Notes: generated by a model from the letters alone, not told the origin. 63,364 bases of DNA, filler included, from Olpidium bornovanus S191 (GCA_017911155.1; 32 parts of 32 records of this genome joined end to end with filler, not necessarily neighbours in it); one strand, 5' to 3'. Counted from the whole stretch's first letter, positions 36,155-47,575 are shown. Numbers and translations: made by a program.

Positions 36155-38336
36155 ATGGGGACCCCCCCCCCTTCGACCCAGCTCGCCTTCGCGTCAAGCG
36201 CGGTCGCTTCGGGATCGCTCGGATACGTGTTCGTCAGCACGGCCCCGCTGGCGACGCCGGAGTTCAAGGTGGGCGCGCCCCAGGCCAAGCCCAAGAAGTT
36301 TCAACTGTTTGGCACGGACGCTCGCGCGGGCACAACACTCGGGAAAGGAGGCGGCGGCAGGAGGCGCGGTAGCGGGAGGAGGAAGCTCACGAGGTACATA
36401 GCCGCCCCAACCCGCGGCCAGCAACACCCCGTCATCCTGAAGTCCGATCGACTCGACGAAGACGCCGACGCCCCGGACCCCTACGTCGTCGGCGATGCGA
36501 CCGGCGGCAAGCTGTAAGTCCCTTTTTTCCAGGACGACAGGGGGGGTGGGTGGCTGTTTCGCGTATGGGGGGCCGCAAAATCAAAGCGCTCGCAAACCGA
36601 CTTTGAAAGCGTTTCCGGTCAAAGGGAACGACGTGTCCATTCTGCGCCGCCGCAGACCTTACTGCTGCTCGAGCAGCGCATGGGAAAAGCGCAAACGGAC
36701 GGAGAGCCGCAGCAGGGGAGACAGCCGGGCCCGACTCTCCAGGAGTCGAGAACGCCGCCGTCGCAAAAACCCTTGCCGCAAGAGAATGACCACGTTCAGG
36801 CGGATTCCCCGGCGGGACAAGCCGCCCCGAGGTCTCCCGGGTCCCGGGACCTCCATCTCCGCGGCTCCGATCCGGAACCGCGCGGCGGCGGCGCGGGCGC
36901 CGCGGCGCGCCGAGGGCAAGAGGAGGACGACCGCGCGAACGGCGACGAGGCGGAGGACGACGACAACGAGTCCGACTGGGACGAAGGCATAACGGCCACC
37001 ACGCCGCGTCCTCTTCGGTGCGCGAGCATAGCGTTCCCTCCGGAGGCGACTTTGTCGGCAGAGAAGCGGCTGGAGCTGGCGGCAGAGTTTGAGAAATCAG
37101 GTAGGCTTCCTCACCCTACCCCCGACGGGCTGTGGGGAGGAAGCGGGTCTTTTTTTGCTCCCTTACTCTTCTATCTTTAAGTCGCTGTGCAGCCTTTCGT
37201 TTCTTGCCTCACATTCTCCATCTTCGCGGAACGGCTGACTCACAACTCCCGCCCTCGCCCCCGCTTCTCCGCCGTCGTGCGCTAGTCCAACCGTGCGAGA
37301 ACTGGGACGAGGATTTCGACATCGACGTCGAGACGCAGGCGCTGCAGGTGCCGTCCGCAGTCGCCGCGGCCCAGTTCTCCGTGCGAATGGACCTACATAA
37401 TATCCACGACTTTGCAAAGCAGATAGAAGGTATCTTGATGTGTGTGTGTGTGTATATATATATATGTATATATGGCTCGAACTTCCTGGTTGTTTCTTTC
37501 TTTACCCAGATGAAGATGGTAACCGGCTTCCTTGTTTTTCCCTTCCGTTTTCTCATCGCACCGTTTTTCGGTCGCGGCAAAAACCGGCCCCGCCCCCCCC
37601 TTCCTTGACTTCAGCATTGAAGAGTCTAAGAACGGAAGTCCAAGACGTCACGAAGGCCATCGCGAACGTCGACGAAACGACGACGAAGGTCGATTCGCTA
37701 CAGTACGCGTATGCCTCGGACTGGGAACAAGCGGAAATTATCATCAAACTGGGAGAGATCGCGCACGACGAAAAAGACGAGGGGGAGGAGGAGGAGGAGG
37801 AGGAGGAGGCCGGCGGTTGCGGCGGCGACTGCGCGAGCGGTCAGCCGCCGCCTCTTTCTCCTGCAGGCAAAGCGGCGTCGGCGGCGGCCGCGAAAGCGAC
37901 GGCGGCCCTCCGCGCCGCCAGCGCCGCACGTGCCGCCGCCACCGAGGGCCGAAACGACGACGAAGGGGAGGGGGAGGCGGAGGGGGCCGAGGACGACGGG
38001 GACGACGAGGAGGAGGACCTGGCGCGGGTGTTCGGGTCGGCGAGGTTGCGCGACCAGCAGCAGCAGCAGCAACGTCGGCGGCGGCGGCGGCGGCGGAACA
38101 GCAACGACGGCGGCGGCGGCGGCGGCAACAACCGGGACCACCACCTGAGCGTCCTGAAGAACATACTCCTCGACGGCCTGAGCCCGGACGCCCAGCGCTC
38201 CATGCAGCCGTTCCTCGACGGGAACTCGGTCCAGTTTTCGGTAGAGATGGTGCCGGGCCTCCTCGCCCACCTCAAGAACGTCACCGGCCGCCTCGAGACT
38301 TACCTCGCGGAGCTGAGGGCGCTGCGTGCGGCTTGA
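36155..38336 (+). CDS. Multi-exon acidic hypothetical protein with (D/N)WDE(D)F motifs and C-terminal helices, partial
   Basis: Linked exons: ESDWDEG; ENWDEDFDI..LQVPSAV..Q.SVRMDLHNIHDFAKQIE|ALKSL; SDWEQAEIIIKLG; ends LAELRALRAA-stop. Resembles a conserved uncharacterised fungal family. Confidence 0.65.
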
Positions 38337-38352
38337 AGAGAGAGGTGGGAGA

Positions 38353-38401
<49 letters not shown>

Positions 38402-38509
38402 ACGCCCCNNNNNNNNNNNNNNNNNNNNNNNNNNNNNNNNNNNNNNNNNNNNTTAATTAATTAANNNNNNNNNNNNNNNNNNNNNNNNNNNNNNNNNNNN
38501 NNNNNNNNC

Positions 38510-39522
38510 ATGCGGACAATTCGCGGGCCGACGGAGAGGCGGCTATGGAAATAGGCGACGCGGAGCGGGTTCTAGACGTCCCGGACCCGGAGGACCAAGA
38601 CGACCTCGTGTCCGAAAATGTCCCAGACCCGCTGGCCAATGAGCAGACTTGGCCGACAGAAGAAGAAATTGCCGAGGCGGATCTGCGAATGGAAAAGTTG
38701 GAAGACGAAAGAAAGGCGAAGAGTGTGCGCGTCCCGAAGGGCACCTCGTCCTACCAAGCCGCCTGGGCCGTTATAGACGATCGCGAAGGCGGAAGCGAGG
38801 ACGGCACCGAAGGCGATGATGATGATGATGATGAAGCGATGCTTGACGACGGCGAAGGTAGCGACGAGGAGCACGGCAGCGGCGAGCACGCCAGATCCGG
38901 TTTTGATACTGAGGAAGAGGAGGAGTACGAAGACGTCGAGGTGGAGAGCCGGACGGCCACGTCGTACGCCCGCACCGAAGAAATTTCGTCGGAGGAAGAG
39001 GAGAGGCAGTACGTAGTTTGGGAAGTTCGCAATGCGCTTGACACCATTTGGAGTGTCTGACTCTGGAAATTCCATGACCCAAACAAAGGATGTGCGAGTT
39101 CATGGCCGCACGGCGAAAAGCACATAAGGACGAGATGGCGTTCCCGGACGAGATTGACACACCGATGAGCACCCCAGCCCGCATACGCTTCCAACGGTAC
39201 CTGGACGACGCCGAAGCTCCGCGTTTCCCGGTTCCAAAACCTGTGCGGCTTGCCGCCTAACGAGGGTCTTCCATTACCCCCCCTCTCCCCCCCCGTCCTA
39301 TCCCGCCCCCTCCTGCGATATCACAGATACCGCGGGCTGCAAAGTTTCCGGACGTCACCGTGGGACCCCTACGAGAACCTGCCCTTAGATTACAGCCGAA
39401 TATTTCAGTTCGCGAACTTCCGGCGATTCCGGAACCGCGCTCTGCGGAGCGACTCCGACAAGGGCGTCCCGCCCGGGACAAGGGTGCACGTGTACGTGCG
39501 CAACGTGCCGGGCGCGTTCATG
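38510..39522 (+). CDS. TSR1: Pre-40S assembly factor Tsr1, internal part
   Basis: NEQTWPTEEEI, VPKGTSSYQAAW, FPDEIDTP..PARIRFQ, YRGLQSFRTSPWDPYENLPLDYSRIFQF. Confidence 0.96.
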
Positions 39523-40304
39523 GGTACGCACACGGGGGTTTACTTCGATATCTGCGGCAGCGGGCAACGGTCATTTCACAGCTGATGATGCAAGTTCCGC
39601 GCGGCCGCTCGCGGCGGTTAACCGCCTCCAAAAGCGACCNNNNNNNNNNNNNNNNNNNNNNNNNNNNNNNNNNNNNNNNNNNNTTAATTAATTAANNNNN
39701 NNNNNNNNNNNNNNNNNNNNNNNNNNNNNNNNNNNNNNNCATGCGAGAATTCCGACGTCTCTTCCAAGGACGGCTTCACCCTCGCCTTCGCAGACCCGGG
39801 GCGAGCAGGCGCCATATTTCCCCTTCTGCTCTTTTGCAACTCTTATACGCGGACAGGCTATTCGACGCCACCCTTTTTGAACCTGGATACGCACCGCCTC
39901 GCTCAGCGGCGGGACTCTCCCCGACGCACGCGGGAACACCTGGTGCCAAATTCTCCAAGCAACACCTAACGACCTCAATTGGCGGATCTCCGAAACCGCT
40001 CGTTCTTCCAGAAGCAACAATATCCCAAGTTCGGCTTGACCGACAATTCCGCGCCCACCTAAAATTTTTGGGACATCTGCGCTTGTCTGATGTTTGCAGC
40101 GAGTTTGAGCCATCGCTTTTTTTTTTTCTTTTGTTTGTAAAAAACAAAAAATAAATGGCTTTTTGATGAAAATTGACCGAGTGCGCCAGACCGCGGAGCG
40201 GGGTGTATGTGGCGAAGGCGCGCGCAATGGAAGGTGTGGGGGACGCGCTTGGTGAGCGCGCCGATTGGTGGCGGAGGAGGGGGGGGGGGGGGGGGGGGGG
40301 GGGT

Positions 40305-40368
<64 letters not shown>

Positions 40369-40410
40369 GGTTTTGCGCGACGAAGAGAGGAGTTGATTCG
40401 AACCGGTCAC

Positions 40411-40474
40411 AATTCCGGGGAACCAAGCGCGATGAGGGCCAAAATTCCGGGGAACCAAGCGCGATGAGGGCCAA
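40411..40474. repeat. Perfect 32-bp tandem duplication
   Basis: AATTCCGGGGAACCAAGCGCGATGAGGGCCAA x2. Confidence 0.95.
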
Positions 40475-40949
40475 CGGCAAACCGCACGCGCAGCTTCCAC
40501 GAAACGCGGAATCCCACTGTCGGACATTTGTTTGCGGGTTTTAGCCGCACGGGATTTTCTCCGTCTCGGGCGGGATGGTTGCGTAGATCGGGACAGGCAG
40601 CAAAGCCGGGTTTTCGCCCAGAAAGTAAGGTAACAACCGCCGCACCCAAAGAGGATCCTCCGCCCAGTCGCCGTGGCAACGGCGCAACCATCCCCCCCGC
40701 ACGGCCCTCTCCTATTCCCGCTCTCCCTGGTTCGCCCCTCACCCTCCCGGCCCCGCATCTTCCGCCCCATTAACAAAAGAACAATGGAAAATCCGCCCGC
40801 GAAAATCCGGTATTCAGGCGGACCGTGTCTGCTGCGGCGACCGGGAGCTGCCGGCATGCCATTCGCCCTTGCGTCGCGCGGGTCGGCGCGTCTGCGTCCT
40901 GCGACGCTCGTCGCGAGTGCGCACCGCCAAAAGGCCAGCGCAGCCGAAC

Positions 40950-41279
40950 ATGAGCGACCTTGGCCGCGTTCCGGAAAACTGCGAGAGCGGGAATGTGGAG
41001 GTGCCAGAAATGAAGAGGGCTGCGGCGGTTGCCGAAATTGGAAAAGACGAAGGAGGAGAAGAAGAGGAGCCGACGCCCGTTGTCCTGATTGAGGGTTTTA
41101 TGGGCAACAGCTCCTCCCTTTACTGGGGTCCGTTGGACTCATACAACCGCAACCAGGATCCCGATCCATTCGCCCCAGGCGGCGGAGTGTGCCGAAGGCG
41201 AAGAAAGATCTTCATGGTCCACATAGGGTGCATCTCGTCCCTGCATGACCGTGCGTGCGAAGTCTATTATCAGCTGAAG
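40950..41279 (+). CDS. Alpha/beta-hydrolase lipase resembling bacterial family I.5/I.6, first exon
   Basis: PVVLIEGFMG...YWG...GCISSLHDRACEVYYQLK followed by a GTTTGA donor. Confidence 0.75.
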
Positions 41280-42034
41280 GTTTGAAAAGTTGGATTTCGA
41301 AGCCGGCGACGACACCGGAGTGCTGCGGGAAAGGGTTTCTTATTTGCTCACTTCAAGGGTTGTANNNNNNNNNNNNNNNNNNNNNNNNNNNNNNNNNNNN
41401 NNNNNNNNTTAATTAATTAANNNNNNNNNNNNNNNNNNNNNNNNNNNNNNNNNNNNNNNNNNNNCCCCGGTTTTTTTTTCCCCCCCCCCCCCCCCCCGCC
41501 CCGCGTGTTCTTCAAAAAACCTGCCTTCTCCCCCCCCCCCCCCCCCCCCCCCCGGCGGGGCTGCCCCCCGGTTCCCGGACTCACCCCCCCCTAACCCCCG
41601 GGGGAAACTTCCCATTTTTTTTTTGGCCCCTCCCCCAAAATGCCCCCCCCCCCCCCCCCCCTCTTCCTCCGCCCGACTTCCCCGCCCGTTAGTTCTCCGC
41701 GCCACCGGAGACGTCTTTCGCGCCGACTGTTTGACCGCACGATTTGCCGCCGGTCCAAAAAAAAAAAAAAAAAAAAAAAATATGAAAGACGGATGCGTCG
41801 TAATTTTCGCGTTTCCTGCGTACCAGGTGGAAAAATGCTTATGCCAGAAAGAATCGTGGATGGGTAAATCGCCCGAAAGACAAGGGGGGGGGAAGAAGGG
41901 AGACAAGGTTAGAGAGAAAAAGGGAGGGAAAGGATAAAAGGCGGTGCCGGGTGCACGAAGCGCGTAGATCAAAACGCGAAGGGAAAAAGACTGTACGTGA
42001 CGTTTACAGGAATCGGGGCTTTGTGTGTTGAGGC

Positions 42035-42066
<32 letters not shown>

Positions 42067-42257
42067 CCGAAAGGAAAAAAAAGGAAAAAAAAAAATTCAT
42101 GTGGGGCATTCTCAGAAAAACATCGCGAGGGCAAACGGATATAAATAAAGAGAGGGGGGGAGGTGCGGGTTCGTGATTGTGGTTGCAGAGGTGTGGGTTT
42201 GTGATTGTAATTGCAGGAGGGGGTGGGTGTTCGCGATCGTGGAAGAACGGCTTCCTC

Positions 42258-43133
42258 TCACGTGCGATGCTCTTCCGGGATACCCAGGCCGTCCGGCCGC
42301 GGTCCGGACCCGCCGGCCGTGTCGGGCTCCGGCGGCGCGTGCGACTTGGCGGTCGGGTGCGCCGGCGGGGTGCCGCCGCACTCGGGGCCGACGAAGTACC
42401 TGTCGAAGTCCCCGCGGCGGCGGTCGAGCAGCTCGCGCTCCGACGCGATCACGTTCTTGCGCTCCCACTCCTCGTGGGCGGACGTGAACGACGACGACCC
42501 CGAGGCCAGCAGGTCCGGAGGGTTGGGCTTCTCTTTCACGGCCGCCGCCCGCCGCCGCGCCGCCCGCGGCGAGCGCCCGCTGGACGGCGGCGGCGTCCCG
42601 GCGCCGGCGGCCTGCGGGCCTTCCGGCGGCTGCAACGACCGGCGAGCGTCGCCGCCGCCGCCGCTGCCGCCTTGCCCGCCGGCGGCGCCGGGGCCGACAA
42701 CCGCCTTTCCGCGATCCGCCGAGCCGGACGGGTTTGGGGAAACCGACGTCGACGCCGACGACGCCGACGAGGCGGCGGGCGGCGCCGCGGCCGCCGGCGA
42801 TAAGCGGGAAACTGTCCGGTTCAGCGCCTTCTCGCCGTCGGCGTCTGCCATCCGGCCGAGCTCGGCCACCTCCTTGTGAGAAACCGTCCGCACCGGAACG
42901 TCGTTACGGTAGTGACAGCGGTGGCCTTGGTCAGAGTCCTCCAGGTTGTCCACAATCCAGTTTCCCACCATCCGGACCGCGCCTTTGGCCTCCGGCAGAA
43001 ACGCCAGCATCTGCATGAACGCGTGCGACATCCCTTCGAGAATTTTAACCGTGCAGTGGTCCGACTCGTTAAATTCCTCAGAGTCGTCTTGGCCGTCGTC
43101 GCCGGGCGGCGCAGGGGTGACGCCCTTCTGCTC
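42258..43133 (-). CDS. Hormone-sensitive-lipase-like esterase, C-terminal part
   Basis: VKILEGMSHAFMQMLAFLPEAKGAV...W (catalytic His region) and a late IASERELLDRRR segment. Confidence 0.55.
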   Translation of the reverse strand, partial: EQKGVTPAPPGDDGQDDSEEFNESDHCTVKILEGMSHAFMQMLAFLPEAKGAVRMVGNWIVDNLEDSDQGHRCHYRNDVPVRTVSHKEVAELGRMADADGEKALNRTVSRLSPAAAAPPAASSASSASTSVSPNPSGSADRGKAVVGPGAAGGQGGSGGGGDARRSLQPPEGPQAAGAGTPPPSSGRSPRAARRRAAAVKEKPNPPDLLASGSSSFTSAHEEWERKNVIASERELLDRRRGDFDRYFVGPECGGTPPAHPTAKSHAPPEPDTAGGSGPRPDGLGIPEEHRT

Positions 43134-43234
43134 NNNNNNNNNNNNNNNNNNNNNNNNNNNNNNNNNNNNNNNNNNNNTTAATTAATTAANNNNNNNNNNN
43201 NNNNNNNNNNNNNNNNNNNNNNNNNNNNNNNNNC

Positions 43235-43858
43235 ATGACCGATGCGCACGAGGATTGGTTTGGATTTGAGGGCGAGCACTTCGATAGTGGCTCATCTCGC
43301 CAAGAGGCAACCTCCTCAATTGGCACCGCTTCCACAGGAAGCCCTGCAGTTGACTCCTTGTTGAGGCGACGGAGTTTACCCTCTGGCATAACGGTGGACG
43401 TTGACATAAGCATCCCGGAAATTTTCCCCATAGCGGATGCCGAGCTGGAGATTTCTGAGGGTCATGGGATGACGGATCGTCTTCGGAATAGCGTTGATGG
43501 CGGCCCCCCAACCCTGATCATAATATCCGATGATGATGACGACGAAGCGACGGCCGGGGGGACGGCGAGCAGGGCAGCGCCCGGCGGGGTGTCGTCTCAT
43601 CCGATCAATGTCAGCTCTCCCGCAGCGGGCGACCTCGTTAGGAGTCCGGCGGATCAGCCGCTGAAAAGACGTCCGGCAGCTGTCGGGTCGCACGCGCCGC
43701 CGGTCCAGCCCCAGCTGAAGTGCGCGATCTGCCTCGACTTGCCCACTCTCCTCAGTTTCACAGACTGCGGGCACGTGTACTGCGAAGATTGTATACGCCA
43801 CGCCGTCCGGGTCAACCGGCGATGCCCGACCTGCCGGGAAAGCCTGACTTTGTCGCAG
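43235..43858 (+). CDS. C3HC4 RING E3 ligase with SUMO-interacting motifs (RNF4/Slx8-like), partial
   Basis: CAICLD..SFTDCGHVYCEDCI......CPTCR at the C-terminus; SIM-like LIIISDDDDDE and ITVDVDI upstream. Confidence 0.8.
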
Positions 43859-44274
43859 GTACGTATATATCGGGATTGGGGGTGCCCACGCGGGCCGCAG
43901 CATTGGGAGGGTGAGGGTGGGGGGGGCGGATGTGTTTCCGGGCTGTTCGGAAACTGGGCGTCAAATGGAGCCGGAGTATCTCGGTGTGCTGTCTGACTGG
44001 GAATTGTCCGCTTCAAAAAAAAAACGCTCATTTGCGGCCCCGTCGGTTAAATTCCTCTGTTTTCAGGTACGCATTCTCCAGCCGATGCTGCATTTTCCGG
44101 TCTGAAACCACTCCACCGGGGCGCCCACACTTTCTACCGTCAGCTTTTCATCCCCTGCCACTATTTCGACAACCCGGAAAGATCCCTCAACAAAAAGAAA
44201 AGAAAAAAACTCATTTAAATACCTATCCCTTTTTGCGATGAAGTACTTTATTTGCCGCTCATTCTCTCCGCGTC

Positions 44275-44326
44275 CCCTCTCCGCGCGCCCTCTCCGCGCG
44301 CCCTCTCCGCGCGCCCTCTCCGTGCG
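44275..44326. repeat. 13-bp minisatellite CCCTCTCCGCGCG x4
   Basis: Three perfect copies and one with a C>T change at a CpG. Confidence 0.92.
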
Positions 44327-44636
44327 CCCGCCCGCGATATCGAAGATTACGTAGTATACGTTGCAAAAAAAGAAAGAAAAAAATTAGCTAAAGGCAAGAA
44401 AATATGCTGTATTATGCGCGCTGTATCTCGCGCAGCGTCGCTTCTTATGTATTCGATCCGGCAGGTGCCCCTACGTTGCCTAATTCGGCAGCTGAAACGA
44501 CCCTTCTTGGCCAATTTGTCTTTAAGGGCTCAGTTGGTTATACCGCCAACCTTGTCTTTTTCTTTTTATTCTAAGTTGTTTTACAAAATCCGCTTGTGTC
44601 TTTCGATATTTCCAGAGTGAAATGGCCGATGAGGGA

Positions 44637-44850
44637 CATGTTCGTAATGCTCAACACGGGGTTCATTAGGACCGGTGAGAACAATGTCGTCAACACAGAC
44701 AAACACGTATCACACTCAACGGACGAAATAGGGAAAAAAAAATAAAGCCAATGTTGATAATCAGAGGTTTAGTCGCGAGGGTGCGGGGTTTCGGTAGTTC
44801 GCCGCGGTCTTCGGCTTTATGTCCCCGTACAACGTTTGGCGCAGTGAACG
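44637..44850 (-). mobile_element. Highly decayed Ty1/copia RT fragment
   Basis: LRQTLYG (LKKSLYG-like) followed by YVFVCVDDIVLTGPNE (YVDD changed to CVDD). Confidence 0.5.
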
Positions 44851-45077
44851 AAAGGTTCGACGCGAAATCTGGCAGCGATCTTCATGTTGTTGCGGGTGGA
44901 ATTCGGTTGGACGCCCCGGAGGCAAATGTTTTTTTCTTTACTCCCGTTGTTGTTGGGTTCGGTGTGGCTCTTTGGGCCAGGGAGTCGTCCGCGAGAGAGG
45001 GCGTACGGCGTAGTCCCTGGAGAGAGAGAGAGCCTCGGGTGTTTCTTTTTTATTTTGGTCGATTGGCAAAAGGCTGT

Positions 45078-45113
<36 letters not shown>

Positions 45114-45596
45114 CCTTTTTTGGGGCCCGCGGCCGGGCCCCCTTTTCGAGCGGGGGGGACCCGGGGGTTGCGGCGGCTTTGGNNNNNNNNNNNNNNNNNN
45201 NNNNNNNNNNNNNNNNNNNNNNNNNNTTAATTAATTAANNNNNNNNNNNNNNNNNNNNNNNNNNNNNNNNNNNNNNNNNNNNACCGCGACCGCGGCTGTT
45301 CCCCGCCCCGCCCTTATGCAGAGTCGCGTCATTTTTCGCTTACATCACGTCGAGTGCCCGTGCCCCGCCGCCGTCGCCGCAGATCACCTGGACGGAACAT
45401 GCAACGCATGCGGCCGAGGCTATTCCTCCTCACCGTACTCGCGCGCCGCAAAGTCGTTTATCGAAGCCGAATGTGAGTTGCTTGAGCGGCAGGGCTGCCG
45501 AAACCGAAGAGGGTCTTTTCCGGGGGGACTGATGAATCTTTCGTCTCGCCGCCCCCCGGCGAAAACAAAAAGTTCACCGCCTTTTCCCCCCGCAGC

Positions 45597-46592
45597 ATGA
45601 TGGTCGCCGCCCCGCCGGCGGCGACCGCGGTCCTGCTCGTCTTTTTAATAGTGTTCGTCGCGTTCCTCGTGTTTTTGTGGAAGAATTCGACCAGGGACCT
45701 CGTCAAAGGGAGGGGCCGCGGAGACGCCGTCGTCTTCAACGGCGGCGCCAGCGGAAGATGGTCGACGCCGCCGTCGCTCTCGCCGCGGATCCCGGAGCGC
45801 TACAGCCGGACGACGTGGTTGCCCGACGGCAGCAGGGTCGTCGTGATGCGGGATCGCCCGTCCCTCCACGCGGCGCCCCTCTCGTTCGAGTTTGCCGGCT
45901 CGGGGGTGGTCCGGAGCCCGGGGAGCTGCTCCGCGTCGCTGCTGGGACAGCTGGATCCCGTCCCGCCGTATCCGGGGGCCGAAGACGACGGCGGCGGCGG
46001 CGCTTGCTGGGGCGCCGACGACGACGGGCCGAGGGCCCGCCCGGAAACAATTGTCCCGCCCGACCGCGCCGAGGCCCCGCCGCCGCCCGACCGTGCCGGG
46101 ACCCCCCCGCCGCCCGCCCGCCGGCCCCCGCGCCCCGACCCGTCGCACTCGCGGCAGGCGGGCCAACAGCGCATCTTCGGCGCGTCCGACTCCGCGACGG
46201 GACCGGCGCCGGATCCGCCGCGCGTTCCCCGGACGCGGACGAGGTCCGCCTCGGCGGCCGACGTCCGCCGCGGAACGTCCGCCGCCTTTTGGCGGTCGTT
46301 TTCAGACCTGCGCCTGGTCGCGCCCGGCCGCGAGCCCTCGCCTGCGCCGGACTTCCCGCAAACTCCTTTGTCCCGCGGCGCCGGCGACCGTCCGCGGTTT
46401 CCACCCCCGGCGTACCGAGCGGCCATTCCGCGCCCGTCGAGCCCAACGTCGTGCCCCCGCGGCAGTCCCGCTGAAGCCGATCACCGTCCAGCCAAAGACC
46501 GAAGTGTGGCGGCTGGCGACAGGCAGGCGGTTGAGTATATGACGACGGAGCCCAACTGGCGAAGCGAAGTTTTCTCCGAAGCATCACTCTAG
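45597..46592 (+). CDS. Hypothetical single-pass membrane protein with a Pro/Arg-rich tail
   Basis: 331-aa ORF with hydrophobic AVLLVFLIVFVAFLVFLW followed by K/R residues; no family recognised. Confidence 0.45.
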   Translation: MMVAAPPAATAVLLVFLIVFVAFLVFLWKNSTRDLVKGRGRGDAVVFNGGASGRWSTPPSLSPRIPERYSRTTWLPDGSRVVVMRDRPSLHAAPLSFEFAGSGVVRSPGSCSASLLGQLDPVPPYPGAEDDGGGGACWGADDDGPRARPETIVPPDRAEAPPPPDRAGTPPPPARRPPRPDPSHSRQAGQQRIFGASDSATGPAPDPPRVPRTRTRSASAADVRRGTSAAFWRSFSDLRLVAPGREPSPAPDFPQTPLSRGAGDRPRFPPPAYRAAIPRPSSPTSCPRGSPAEADHRPAKDRSVAAGDRQAVEYMTTEPNWRSEVFSEASL

Positions 46593-47501
46593 CCGGTCGG
46601 GCGCCGACGGAGCGGCGTGGTTGGGCGGGTTTGCTACATTGCGGTTAACGCCAGCAAAAATTAACAAAGCGGAAATTGAGGAAAAAACACGGTTTCAGGA
46701 AAAGAGTGAAGGCCCTGTATTAACGCCGTTTCCCGTGTAGTGAAACGTTTTGGCGAAGCGGAATGTATATGGGAGGAGGAGCCAAGTTTCAAGAAAAAAG
46801 TAAAAAGGGCAAACGGGCAACTGCAGACGACGTGCGACGACGACCGCAAATGTCATCTTTGGCGGCCGCCAATCGCGCCGTGTTGTGCCGGTTGATTTTT
46901 GTCGAGAATGCGACGCGGGAGCAAAGAGCACCCCCGTCCGCCGTCGCCTGTCACCCCCACGCTCGGAGCCTAAACGGCGACCCCTCTTCCCTGTTCCCCC
47001 TTGCCCCGCCTCTTCACGCCCGCAACTGTCCGGCGCAAGGGCGGATCCTCGACCTTGGGGTTTGGTCCGGGAAACTCCGGCAAGTGCCGACCCGAATGTA
47101 GGGGGGAATGCCTGGATCCGCAATTCCCGGACGAAACGCTTTCCCGGAAGGTGCAAATCGGAAGGACAGTTGCGCGCGTTTCCTGGACAAAAACTTCGAT
47201 AATTCCCTTCCAAACCCCCCCAACCCCGTCTTTCAAACTTGTCGGCCCGACGGAAAGCGATCTTAATATTGCCTAACGGACCGGCTTCCGGTTTCGTCAA
47301 AATTGCAAGCGACTGCTTTTATGTGTGGAGGGTGGGGTTTTATGTGTGGAGGGTGGGGGTTGGGGGTGGTGACTACACCTTTTTGTGCAATTTTCGCAAA
47401 ATTTCGTTGGCGATTGGCCGGGGTTTTGGAGGCGACGGAGAAAAGGCGGGAAAGGAAAAAAAAAAAATAGCAAAAATCACTGCTTGCGGGCCGCACCCGG
47501 C

Positions 47502-47575
47502 CTGAAGTTCTCCTCGTGCTTCTGCAGGTACTCGGCGACGGACACGGGCTCCTTCCCGGCGATCCTCTTGACATG
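47502..47575 (-). CDS. Possible NmrA-like/SDR C-terminal fragment
   Basis: HVKRIAGKEPVSVAEYLQKHEENF resembles the V..LTGR.P.S...F...H...F tail; very short. Confidence 0.3.
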
